Of a DNA stretch of 64,000 bases, positions 14,172 through 27,172 are shown piece after piece. The notes beneath the pieces are model-generated. The model ran no database searches and was not told the DNA's origin. It saw only the letters and a list, made by a program, of their open reading frames with translations. Made by a program: the position numbers and the translations under genes. The stretch is from assembly GCF_021028975.2 (NCBI RefSeq), contig NC_059427.1, positions 8,494,001-8,558,000 of the forward strand, written 5' to 3'. This stretch comes from Sphaerodactylus townsendi (Eukaryota). Position 1 is the stretch's first letter, and the number at the start of each line of letters is the position of its first letter.

Positions 14172-14964
14172 AAAAACCCATTTGGGTGTATGGAATGTGA
14201 AAAGAACTTCATTTAGAACACAGATCTTAATTCACATTGAAAAATCTTTCAAGGAGACTGTGCAAACAGAGTTTCCCATACACACAAAGTAATTACATTC
14301 CCTATGCTGTTATAGACACAGTTATAGCACACAAGCCGTATCAGTATCTAGCTAAAGTTCTTGGTGTAAATCAGACTTGGTGTAAATAGATCTGAGAAGC
14401 TGTGACTGTCAGAAAATGAAAAATCAATTCAGATACTAAGGAGGGAAAGAAACAGTGGAAAAGTTTATGTTGTTTTTATTTGGTTACTACATGTATATAT
14501 TTACACCTAAAATAATCTATTTTATTTGCTTCCTCAAAAGGTTATTGTGACAAAAGTCAGTCTGTGGTAGATTTCTCACAAGTATGTGCAGACTTTGCAG
14601 TAAAAAGATGATCAAAGTCTTTAATCACTACCCACTATCCTGTGGACTCCAGTTCCATGCTATTCCACTGGACAGAAGAGAAAATTCAAAAGGAAAAATA
14701 GAATTTGAACTAAGCCATCCTCTTCTCTAGGAGTGATTAGCTGATCTGGCCAATCCAGCGCAAAGCCTTGTTTCTGATATTGTTTCCAGTTAGAAAATTA
14801 CCAAAATGATACTCCTGCCCACCAAATAGCTACCACGGTCCTGCTGAAACTGGTTCCCCTTGTCTCTAAAAAGGATGAAGTTTGGCAAGATGTTCCCATA
14901 GGGGAATAGGTTAATGAAGACCCATTAGTTCAATATCCTAGAAACTACACATGACACTTTTGAG

Positions 14965-15275
14965 CCTAAGGCTGTTGTGGATTTTTGTTCCTAACATTTT
15001 GTTGACCCTAACATTTTCTTGTTCCATAGTTTGTGCTCCTAACATTTCACCCACATCTGTGGCTGGCATATTCAGAGGCATGTTATGGTGAGATGTGTTT
15101 CTTTCCATGGCAGAGTCTCTTCTTAGTACAGAAACACATCTTACTGTGAGATGCCTCTGAAGATGCCAGTCATAGATGTGGGTAAAACGTTAGGAGCAAA
15201 GTGTACCACAGCCACACAGCCTGGAAAACCCATAATTGCTAGTTGATTCCAGTTCTGAAAGCCTTTGACAATACA
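14965..15275. mobile_element. Penelope-like terminal fragments in inverted arrangement
   Basis: ctgaagatgccagtcatagatgtgggtaaaacgttagga and its reverse complement flank an internal hairpin. Confidence 0.55.
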
Positions 15276-15770
15276 TTTCTCAAACAGTTTTTCCCCCATA
15301 TTGTAGGTAGTTGGGACAAGTTCTTATCCACTTTTGTTCCCTGCAACCAGTGCTATATGAGTTGTGTGACATGAGACTGTATTTATTTTTACTTTTAAAA
15401 ATTTATGGCCTGCTTTTTCTCCCCAACTGGGACTCAAAGTGGTTTAGAGCATTATTCTTCCCTCCTCCATTTTATCCTCACAACAACCCTATCAGGTAGG
15501 CGAGGCTGAGCATTTGCAATTGGCCCAAGGTCACCCAGCAAACCTTCATGGTTGGTGGGAATTTGAACTTGGTCACTGAAGGTCCTAGTCCTCCATTTGT
15601 ATCCAGTACAGCGTATCTAACAAAAGGAGTTTGAGTCATGAAAATTTATATCCTGAAAATCTTTCTGGTCTCTAAGGGGTTCCTGGATTAGAACCTAGCA
15701 ATGATCCCAGCACTTGTTTTTTGCATCCAAACATTCAGGGATAGGATCTCAAAAATAATGTTAGATGCAC

Positions 15771-15853
15771 ATGAATGAATGAATGAATGAATGAATGAAT
15801 GAATGAATGAATGAATGAATGAATGAATGAATGAATGAATGAATGAATGAATG
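15771..15853. repeat. (ATGA)n microsatellite, about 20 units
   Basis: Direct reading. Confidence 0.97.
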
Positions 15854-16199
15854 TCTGTGTGTAAATCTGAGGAGCGACTTTCCTTCCTTTAACTGCGAGA
15901 TCTTGAAGGCTCCTTAGGGGAAAGTGGATTCCCTCCCCAGCAAAATAGAGGAAAACTTATGTGCAGAAATGAGTTGAAGCGTATGAAGGGTGGAATGCAT
16001 GGATTGGGTTTTAATGAGAACTGGGAACCAACTTCAGCCTCGGTGGTTTTTTCTGCTCTGCAATTCCCTTCCGTCTTTCACGAAATGTATGGGCCCTGAC
16101 CCTCCCCACCCCCAAAACACACACTTTATCAACTGCAAACACGTTATGCTCTTTGCAAACTCTGTCAATCCTTTCAGAACTGGGAAACATTTTTTGCAA

Positions 16200-16581
16200 G
16201 ACCCTCCTGCCTCAAAGCCTCCCGGTAGCAGCCAGCACCATTCAGGCCGGGGGCGGGGGGGTGGCTGGGTCCGGGGTGCGGGGAGGAAGCTGCCCCATTC
16301 AGGACGCCTTCCCAGTCCCCCTACTCCGAGCGCCCTGTCCTTGCAGCCCTCCTGTGCTTTCAGGCAAAAAAGAGGAGCAACCAAACGACTCAAGCAAGTC
16401 AGAAGCATATTTCGCCTCCCGTGCTCCATCCTGGCAAGAGTTAAGCCGGCAGAGCTTTGCATCCTAGAGAGGATCATAGTAGTGGTGGAGGCTCTTTTCC
16501 GGAGAAGGAAGCGATCGCTTTTGAATGTCTCCCCCCTTCCAGCTGTAGAGAGAGGGGAGGAGGAGCGAGCCGGGAAGCTTG
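16200..16581 (+). promoter_or_regulatory. CpG/GC-rich putative promoter and non-coding first exon of gene B
   Basis: Local CpG enrichment, GC boxes (gggggcgggg at ~16250), candidate donor ccag|gtaggt at 17119/17120. Confidence 0.45.
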
Positions 16582-17109
16582 TGTAACCCCTGTGTCAGAA
16601 TGGGATGACCCAGAAAGGGGTGGAGTCTGAAATGAAGCAGAATGCTGCAGAACTCATGAGGTTGGAGGAAGCGAGACTACCAGGCTGGGACCTTGATTGA
16701 TTTTATTAAGCCCTTAACACCTTGTTTAAGGTAACTGCAATGTTGTGGGGAACTAGTGGGAAGGGAGTTTATTTTTTTTGCTATATTGTAAATGTTAGAA
16801 TTTATTGTTTCAGGGTTTTTGTGTATGTAAATGGTGAGAGTTTTCTGGGAACCTTCATCATCTTGAAGCCCATTCACCAAGCCTCAGAAGTCTTCAAAAC
16901 CAACCACCAGCAAAGAAGAATTGGACTTGGCAATATCAGTAGACTGTAAATAAGGACTTGAAAATGCAAACTTAACAGGACTGCAAAGTGTAAAGGTTAA
17001 ATGTTTTAAAAGTGTTATTTGTTAAGTAAAGTAAACTGTTTTGTTTAAATTTGGTTCTTTGCAACGCCTTCCAAGTACTGCCCCACAGAACCCACAAGCT
17101 GAGGTTACA
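16582..17109 (+). mobile_element. Solo LTR (gypsy/ERV1-type), 528 bp
   Basis: Inverted termini TGTAACC...GGTTACA; exact 4-bp TSD CTTG (16578-81 and 17110-13); AGTAAA signal at ~17025-17035. Confidence 0.75.
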
Positions 17110-19071
17110 CTTGGACCAGGTAGGTGTGTGGAAAGGGGGAGGGGGGCAGAAACAGGATACTAGAGAGCCTCCCCAGCCCCCCCTGCCCATAGAACCTGTT
17201 TCCCAGCAGCAGGGCTTGCCTTCCTGTCTCCAGCTGCAAAGCAGCAAAGGCAAAGCTTTGCAAGATTTCGTCTCCCTGCACACATCACGCCTCTCTGTTC
17301 CAGGGGGTCGTCGTCGCCGCCCTCATTTATTCCTCCTGGGTGTTGTTGTTGAGACGGTGCCCTGTAGAGACTCAACGTACGAGCCTGGAGGGGCTCACCA
17401 AATCAGCTGATGGTCTTTGAGCAGACCTCTGCTTCCCTATGCCTGCACAAACTCTGCGGTGGAAAAATGTCAGTACTGATCTGCCTTGCAAGGTTGTTGT
17501 TGGACTACCCAAAAGAATGTACGTACAGAATTCCAAAGCACAATATAAATGCCGAGTTATTACTGACTCTGTTGTCCCTTCAACTGTATATACGCACACT
17601 CATTCAGCACTCTCCTTGAGATTCTCGCTGTCCATTGTCCTGATAACGGTGATTCTCTTTCCATCTTCCCACCTTCCATGTTGGGTAGACTTGTCGTATT
17701 TATGTGCAGTATTTGTATATATATATATTTACTTTATTTATATCCCACCTGCCACAACTTTATTTATATCCCACCTGCCTCAAAGTGGCTTACATCATTC
17801 TCCTCTTTTCCTTTTTACCATTTTCCCCTTCTCTTCCCCTTTTTCATGTCCTCCCTCCCTTTCCTTTCCTCTTTTTTGATCTTCCTTTTCTTTCCCTTTC
17901 ATCCCTCAGAAGGAATGAAGCCCCTGCTTGCTGTTGGTCTCCCTTTTGCCATTCTTTGGCCCATCGGTGCCTTATTGAACTATTTCTCTATATAAGTAAA
18001 ATATAATTAAGGTGCCATCTATTAGTTCTGTCTGGATTTTATTATTTTAATATTTTTTTAAAAAAGTGTGTGTGTGTGTTTTTATACAGTTATCCCTTCC
18101 ACATCACTGGGGTTGGAGGCGCGGCATCCCCTACAATCTGGAAATCCGCATAAAATTTGCTGGTCCTCCCTTCGTACCAGAGAATAAGCCTGACTTTTTT
18201 CTTTTTTTTAACTTTAAAAAAGAAATTGTGTATATTTATGGTATTAAAAGATAAAACATGTTGCTATTACACAATACTGTACATATATTTTATTCATTTC
18301 TGAGTTTTAAAACTTTTTCCTGTGTTGTCTGCCAGCCTTCGCATGTCGTCTATTGCTTCTGCAAAACTAAAAAAAAAAAAAATCCCATGCAATTTCTTAT
18401 GCCAATCCATGATATACCAAAATCGCAGCTGGGAAAGTCACAAAGTAGAATGGGTGTGAGAGTGTGTGTGTATACATGTGGGTGTGTATTTTATTTGTAT
18501 CCCTGCTGTTTCTCAGCATAACTGGGCTCAGGGCAGCTAACAATGCTATCTATCTGCCTGCCTCTTGCGATGTTAGCTACCCTGAGCCCTACTGTACCAG
18601 GAAGGGGCAGAGTATAAATCAAATACAACAATCCTGCAAAGTAAGTTAGGCAGACAGAGTGTGACTGGCTTTCATGGCAGAGTGGAAATCTGAACCTTAC
18701 CTAGGTCTCTCAGATCCTAGTCCGACCCTCCAATCACTACAACACTGTGGCTCTCTTGTTCTTCCTGTGAGCAATCTGGATTGTTTGATTACAGCAAGTC
18801 TTGAATGGCCAAAGAACTTCTGACAACGTGAGACTTTTAAAATTTATCCCTGCTCTTTCCTAGGAATGCAGGAAGGATCCTGGCATTTCAGACAGAGCTT
18901 TTTAGGGGAGCAGGGCTGAGAAATTCGATGCCATCCACTATTGATCTGGAATGTTTGTTTCTTCCTCCTGTTCTTTTCTCCATAGGCAGAAGCTCAACAC
19001 GCTTGTTTCAATCACAAGGATCTGTTGTAGAGTTTTCTTTATTGTGACCCCCTCTGTGAGGTTACCTCAAG

Positions 19072-19812
19072 ATGAAAATGGAGGAGCAAGATCCTGCAAA
19101 CCTTGCTGTAGAGAAGAGGTTGGAAGAAATCGGGACAAGCCACCATGTCCTCCAGGCTGGGAGCATTGGGGAGTTCTCCCAGAGGAAACCAGGAGATTCC
19201 GTGAAGCAGGAGCCACGAGAGGGGCTTCTTCAGCAGTGGGAAGTCCAGTGGCAGGAGTTCCTCAAGACAGTAGAGTTCCCTCTCTCAAGATGGGCAATTC
19301 CACAACTGCCAGAGAAACCTTCCCCATGGGAGGACACCAAGGCCTTCCTGGCCTCCTTTGAGCAAGTGGCTGAAGCCTGTCAGTGGCCCAGAGAAGAATG
19401 GGTGACGCAACTCCTACCAGCCCTCAGGGGAGAAGCCGAACAGACCTTCAGCAGCCTGGATGCCCAAGACAGAAAGGATTATGGGAAAGTAAAGGCAGCC
19501 ATCTTACAAGGGGACACTATCAACAGGGAGAAGATTCGCTTGCACTTCCGATGTTTCTGCTACCAGGAGGCTGAGGGGCCACGGGGTGCTCTTAGTCGAC
19601 TCCAGGAACTCTGCCGTCAATGGCTGAAGGTCGAGAGGCACTCAAAGGAGCAGATCTTGGAGCTCTTGATCCTGGAGCAGTTCCTGACTGTCCTCCCGCC
19701 AGAGATCCTGAGCTGGGTCAAAAGGTGCAACCCAGAGACCTGCTCCCAGGCAGTAACCCTGGCAGAGGAGTTCCTGTTGAGGCAGCGAGAGACTGAGAGG
19801 CAGGAGAAAGAG
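19072..19812 (+). CDS. Gene B exon 1: extended SCAN domain
   Basis: Open, 741 nt; [47 protein letters not shown]; donor gag|gtgata. Confidence 0.9.
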
Positions 19813-19924
19813 GTGATACTGTGTGTGCTGTCTCTTTGGGTCATTGGGGAAGGGTGGGTTAAGACTGTGCTTGAATGAGTTGGAAAGCTATAGGGTGCAT
19901 TTAAGTGGGAAAGTGACTTCTTGT

Positions 19925-20323
19925 CATAAGAACATAAGAACATAAGAACAAGCCAGCTGGATCAGACCAGAGTCCATCTAGTCCAGCTCTCTGCTACTCG
20001 CAGTGGCCCACCAGGTGCCTTTGGGAGTTCACATGTAGGATGTGAAAGCAATGGCCTTCTGCGGCTGTTGCTCCCGAGCACCTGGACTGTTAAGGCATTT
20101 GCAATCTCAGATCAAAGAGGATCAAGATTGGTAGCCATAAATTGACTTCTCCTCCATAAATCTGTCCAAGCCCCTTTTAAAGCTATCCAGGTTAGTGGCC
20201 ATCACCACCTCCTGTGGCAGCATATTCCAAGCACCAATCACACGTTGCGTGAAGAAGTGTTTCCTTTTATTAGTTCTAATTCTTCCCCCCAGCATTTTCA
20301 ATGTATGCCCCCTGGTTCTAGTA
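19925..20323 (-). mobile_element. CR1 3' fragment, same young family as 5037-6109
   Basis: Starts with (CATAAGAA)n; reverse-complement match to ~5700-6109. Confidence 0.92.
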
Positions 20324-20495
20324 AATGAGCCAGTCTGTCATGAGCCAGTCTGACAGTGTCTGTAGAGTGCCTTCTGGTGGGTTGGAGGCCTAACGTCAAT
20401 CCCTGAAAGCATCTTGGTCCAAGGAATTTGACAGGTGTGCATTTAAGTTGCATATATCACCTGTTCTAGGCTGGGTGGTCATCTAGGATCTAGGA

Positions 20496-20638
20496 CCGTG
20501 GTGGCGAACCTTTGGCACTCCAGATGTCATGGACTACAATTCCCATCAGCCCCTGCCAGAGTGGCCAATTGGCCATGCTGGCAGGGGCTGATGGGAATTG
20601 TAGTCCATAACATCTGGAGTGCCAAAGGTTCGCCACCG
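20496..20638. mobile_element. Palindromic hAT-type MITE
   Basis: gtggcgaacctttggcactccagatg... pairs with ...catctggagtgccaaaggttcgccac; near-complete foldback. Related copy at ~34495-34610. Confidence 0.8.
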
Positions 20639-20786
20639 CTAATCTGGGTTCAAATTCACCACACACACACACCATGAAACTGACTTGCACCTGTTGCCCT
20701 CTCTCAGCCTAACCTGCTTCACAGGTTGTAAAAATGAAACAGGACAATGGAGAACAATTTAAGTTGACCTGAATTCCTTGGAGAAG

Positions 20787-21078
20787 TGAAGAAAAAGAAG
20801 AGTTTGGATTTATATCCTGCTTTTCTCACCTATAAGGAGTCTCAAAGCAACTTACAAACTCCTTCTTTTCCTCCTCACAACAGACACCTTGTGAAGTAAG
20901 TGGAGCTGAGAGAGTCCTGACAGAGCTGAGACTAGTCCAAGATCACCCAGCAGGCTGCATTTGGGGGAGTGGAGAAACAAATCCAGTTCACCAGATAAGA
21001 GTCTGCCACTCATATGGAGGAGTGGGGAATCAAATTCTGTTCTCCAGATTAGAGTTCACTGCTGTTAACCACTACACT
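20787..21078 (-). mobile_element. Squam3-like SINE
   Basis: Reverse-complement match to 461-743 (gaagaagagtttggatttata...ttaaccactacac). Confidence 0.75.
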
Positions 21079-21675
21079 ATAATAATACCCTAAATGGATG
21101 AGTTAGCTCTGCTCCGCAGTCTAATAGGGCAAAATATAGGTTGATCTATTATTGGCTTGCCAATCTCCAGGTGAGGCCTGGAGTACTCTTGAATTACAGT
21201 TCATCTTTAGGCGATCACAATCAGTTCCTTCGGAGAAAATGGCAGCTTCGGAAGATGAACTGTGACATCATATCCACACTGAACTCCCCAATTTTTGCCT
21301 TCTCTAGGCACCCTCTCCCCCCAAAAAATCTCTAGGAATTACCCAGTCCAGAGTTCGCAGCACTAGTCCATTCTGTGCCTTGGAACTGTGAGCTACCTGC
21401 TCTGGAACTGAACCTGGTGAATAACAGGTCAGGTCTTGGAGCTCTCCTTTCAGGCAGGCACAGAACAGAACAGAATGAGGAATTTAGGAGATAAGTTCAG
21501 GAAAGGTTGGTTTGGTACATCCTCTGGAAGGCTGGCCTTCGGCATTCATTGCATTTGACACAAGAATGAAGCATGGAGCAGGGGTCACTGGGGGCGTGGG
21601 GTGAAGTGGTTGTGAATTTTCTGCATTGTGCAGGGGGTTAGACTGGATAACCTGGAAGGTCCCTTCCCACTCTAT

Positions 21676-21816
21676 GGCTCATTCCGCACATGCAGAATAA
21701 TGCACTTTCAAACTTCTTTCAGTGCTCTTTGAAGCTGTGCGGAATGGCAAAATCCACTTGCAAACAGTTGTGAAAGTGGTTTGAAAATGCATTATTTTGC
21801 GTGTGCGGAAGGGGCC
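21676..21816. mobile_element. PIF/Harbinger-like MITE
   Basis: TIR ggctcattccgcaca / tgtgcggaaggggcc; 3-bp flanking repeat TAT; related copies at 41108-41247 and 42028-42178. Confidence 0.7.
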
Positions 21817-21930
21817 TATGTTTCCATGATTCTGCAGTCCTAATGCCTCCCTGGCCTTGGTCAGTTGCATGCATGCTGAGCTGAAATTAGAGGATCCGGC
21901 TTCTGAAAGGATCCCTCTCTGCTGTTGCAG

Positions 21931-22051
21931 GTGCCCTTGGAGGAGGCAGTTGGGAGCATCTTTGAGGCAGGCCGGGTTCCATCTGAGAATGACCAGATGC
22001 AGCTCTCAATAGATGTCAAGGAAGAAGAGGAGGGAGATGCAAGTCTGCTAG
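21931..22051 (+). CDS. Gene B exon 2 (linker)
   Basis: ttgcag|GTG ... CTAG|gtaaga; 121 nt open (VPLEEAVGSIFEAGR...GDASLL), phase 0 to 1. Confidence 0.85.
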
Positions 22052-22159
22052 GTAAGAAGGGGATAAATTTTTCCTCCCCGAGAGTTTTTTACATTTTTAG
22101 CTAAGAAATATCTTCTGTACATAAAGCCTCCCACAGTTGAGAACTGTTGTGGCTCCAAA

Positions 22160-22700
22160 TCCAACCCTTCTCATCTTGTTTAAATTTTTCTTTCAGTTGA
22201 TGATATAAAAATTCGTGACATTGATCTCCATTCACACTTTTCCTTCACATTTCTTTACTATATCCTTCAACCCCAAATAATCTATGCTCCCTCTATCTTT
22301 CTAATAGTACCACTTCATGTAGGGGATATCCACCAGGGTATTTTTATATAATCGCCATCTCTCCTACATTCCCCCCAACCTTTACCTATAGACCATCATA
22401 TATAATGATAATTAAACTCTTTATGCACCTTTGTCTTTCTTGTACCCATGCCGTCAATACATCCAGGTCATGATGATCTTCCAGTTTAATAGATCCTTAT
22501 TTTTAAGCAGCATCCTAATGTTGCAGCTTGGTAGAAAAAGTTTGAAATTTGGTAATCTCTAAACCTCCGCGGTTCCTGGCAATCCACACAGAGTTCTTAT
22601 ATATTTAATTCTGGTTCTTTCTCCCACACAAACTGTAAAATATCTCTCTCTTCATGTTCTTAAAAAAAATTGTATGATATCAATATAGTTTTACCATCTA
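22160..22700 (-). mobile_element. L1-clade LINE ORF2 fragment
   Basis: Reverse strand around 22515-22570 reads approximately GG.RLPNFKLFYQAATL, a post-RT L1 motif. Confidence 0.45.
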
Positions 22701-22719
22701 CTACTTGCTGGCCCCTTCC

Positions 22720-23620
22720 TTTCCCAAGCTGACCTGGCTATCATTGTGGTCCATGCAACAGTCACCTCCAGGCTAGACTATTATTGCAACTCTCTCGCTT
22801 CTGAGGGCCTGGCCTTGCATCTGGTTCGAGATTGAAAATGGTCCAGAATACGTGAGCGTCTGCATGCCTGCCAGGTGCCATGAGAGAACATATTACCCCT
22901 GTGCTCCCCTCGCTTGCACTGGCTACCAATCGACTCAATCATTTTCAAGGTGTTGAGGTGTTGGCAATCCTTAAGGCCTTATGCATGACCTGGGACTCCT
23001 CCTCGCGGTACCCTCATGGGACCGCCTTACCCCATATGTCCCAAATAGGTTCCTGTGTTCGCAGAGGCCAACTTACTGAGGATCCCTAGCTCTTCGATGA
23101 TAATGGCTGGTTTTCACACCTCGCCAGAGACCTTCACAGCTTCTGGCCCCTGCCTGGTGGAACGCTTCTTCCATCAGCTGTCCGGCCCTGCAGGATCTTG
23201 CTGAGTTCTGGGTAGGCCTGTAAGACTGAGCTGTTCCACTGGACCTTTGGGGTATTCAGCCGCTGATGAGGGGGCCACTCCTTTCCTCCCTCCTTTATGA
23301 TTATCATGGAGATCCTGCCACACTCTTCCTTTTGGGGTTCTTATGGGAATTGATAGCAGGCTTTCATCTGGAGTTAATTTCACGCTGCATTTTAAATGGG
23401 AGCAGGCTTATTTTATTAGAGCTGTTTTAACCTATATTTATTGTATCTTATTACGATGCTGTGCTCTATCTATGCTGTTCATCACTTGGAAGTTCTTCGG
23501 GAGTGGGCGAAATGAGTTTATAAACCCCAAAAAATTTAAAATAATAATAATAATAATAATACACATTACTAGCGTACACATAATAATAATAATAATAATA
23601 ATAATACATAATAATAATAA
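22720..23620 (+). mobile_element. L2 LINE 3' fragment ending in (AAT)n
   Basis: VVHATVTSRLDY-CNSL, HITPVL and LHWLP motifs typical of the L2 ORF2 C-terminus. Confidence 0.75.
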
Positions 23621-24890
23621 TAGCTTCGCCGCCATGCTGCCTGGGCTCAAGCGCTGACCTGGGCGGGCGCTAGCTTGGGGCGGCTGGAGGAGAGGCAGCT
23701 GGCGCGGGCGGGCGAAGCTTCCGGGAGGCGGCTGCTCATGGTGCAGCTTACATGCTGGCATGGAGTGCAGTGCCTAAAGATCTTGAACGGCACTTAAAAC
23801 AATTGGCGCTGACAAAATCACCATGGGTGCGCTCCCACTCACCACATTAGCCAGCTGGGTTTCTCTTGTTCAGACGCTGGTTTCGGTGGACGTCCCTCAT
23901 ATCCCCAGCGCTCGCACTGTCGCGGGTTGCAGAAATTGCAGCGCTTCCTCCTCCCTGGCTGCTGGCGTCAAATCTGCTCTTCAAAAAAACAGCAACATTT
24001 TTCCCAAACCCCGAGCTTGGCGCTGGTGGTGCGGTGAGGGAACCCGAAGATGACCAGCTGTTGATCTCGCCATTGGGCGCAGGAGCTTCCGCCAATCAGG
24101 GAAAGAATCCCTCCATTTTGTTTGGGGAGGGCGCTAACAACCGTCGCCGGAACGGTTTCACATGAAGAGCGTTGAGACGCGGTGCACAACGTGACGTGAC
24201 GATATTGTTCCCTTTGTTCATGTTTATTGCTGCAAATTCACAGCTTAATTTAGTTTACACGAGGTAATACGGTGAGGTGCTGCACTGCATTCAGACCAGG
24301 AAAGTAGCTCGGTGGCGGCGGTAAGAACTGATTTTCACTTTATTTTTTATGCTGATCGCCAGCATGTGCAGAGCGCCTCAAACAAATGCTTCCAAAGTTT
24401 CCAGCGTTTCTGATGGCGACGCAGACATCCGGGAGCCTATCAAAAACGCAGCCTCGGCCCCAGCTAATGAAAAATGGAGGCTCCTCCCTCCATAGACGCG
24501 ACACCTGCAATGCCAGCCAATGAAAACACTTCATTGCCTCTATTCCCATGAAATCGCCGTTATTGCCTGCAAGCGTTAGCTCTTTAATGTAGCAAATGAG
24601 TGGGGAGCAAATAGTCTCCGTGGTCATAAGCCGCTTGAGGCTTTTTTTCAGCTGCGGACGCCATTCGCGGAGTTGCACTACGGCGAGGTAAGTGGGGAGC
24701 GACCCCATATGTCAGCTGCAAAGGCCACTCATCGGCTCTCAATGCGCATTGATCAAGCCGATACATCACGCACAGTCCTAGATGTTTGGGAAGTGTCCGA
24801 CGCGTGATGTAATATGTCAAAAAACTTTCAGCATATTGATCTTGGGTTTCTTTGCTTTCAAAAGTAACTGTTCCCTTTGGTATAATAATA

Positions 24891-24924
<34 letters not shown>

Positions 24925-25554
24925 TCAGAATTATCTGAAATTATCTGCATGCCAATGGGCAGTTTCATTTCTGCATTTCTTCAAAAAAGCCACTCTTATT
25001 TTCTGAAGTTGGCTAAGCCACATTTCCCTTTTTTTGTTTATGTTGCTCTCCATGCAAAAAAAAAAAATCTCCCCTTCCCATGAAAGCAAGAAGCCAAGAG
25101 GGAAATATCTTGACTTCTTGGTTGGAATGTGGTCCTGAAAATCCACAGACTAAACTCTTACATCATGTTAGAGGAAGGCAGTAGCGCTAGAGCACCTAGA
25201 AGACCTTTTTCAGATGACTCACATTTCTTCTCTGCTCTTCTATCTGATCTCTAAGCAGAGCTGGGAAACACAAGATGGATTTCCTAAAGAAGTCCATTGG
25301 CTGGAGACATCTCAAGCAAGTCCAAGATGAGGACCACGCACTTGGTTTGGTAGGCCAACCAAATTTTTGGGCAGCACCTCTATGTCACAGAGTGCTCCCA
25401 ACGGGCGGCCCATGGACACTATGGCACCCCACTGACACCGCAGTGAGATTTTGCCCAGCAGTGCATCTGGTTAACCATTTTGAGATTCTCCTCCTGCACC
25501 AATCCCTTTTAACTGGAAATGCAGGGATTGGAATGTGGGATCTTCTGTATATCA

Positions 25555-25878
25555 AGAAGAGAAGAAGAGTTTGGTTTTCTATCCCCTCTTTCTCTCCCAG
25601 GAGACTCCAAAAGGGGCTGGACAATCTCCTTGCCCTTTCCCCCTCACAACAAAACACCCCCAGGGAGTGGGTGGGGCTGAAGAGATTCGGTGAAGCTGTG
25701 ATCAGCTCCAAGGTGCCCCACCTTAGCCATGCGGTGTAGGGAATGCCTGACATAATCTGAATTCCCCAGATAAGCCTCCACAATTCAAGCGGCAGAGCTG
25801 GGAATCAAACCTGGTTCCTCCAGATCAGAGTGCACCTGCTCTTGGCCACTGCTCTTAGCCACTACGCCACTGCTGCTC
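25555..25878 (-). mobile_element. Squam3-like SINE
   Basis: Reverse-complement match to 461-743, ending ccactacgccactgctgctcc. Confidence 0.8.
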
Positions 25879-26012
25879 CAAGTAGATGTTCTATCGCTAA
25901 GCTACATGCCTCCCACAAGAAAGATGCAAGTTGTAACATGGCCTTCAAATGGGCTTTAAAGGAAGCCAGAGAACACCCCTGCTTCGTTCTCCAAGCTGGC
26001 AAGAGGAACTGA

Positions 26013-27172
<1,160 letters not shown>

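Noticed and set aside
15990-16586. 198-aa ORF and antisense ORFs
   Set aside because: No domain; by-product of GC-rich promoter sequence.
18087-18460. Possible Tigger-like element
   Set aside because: Left TIR-like end with TA is present, but no matching right TIR could be confirmed.
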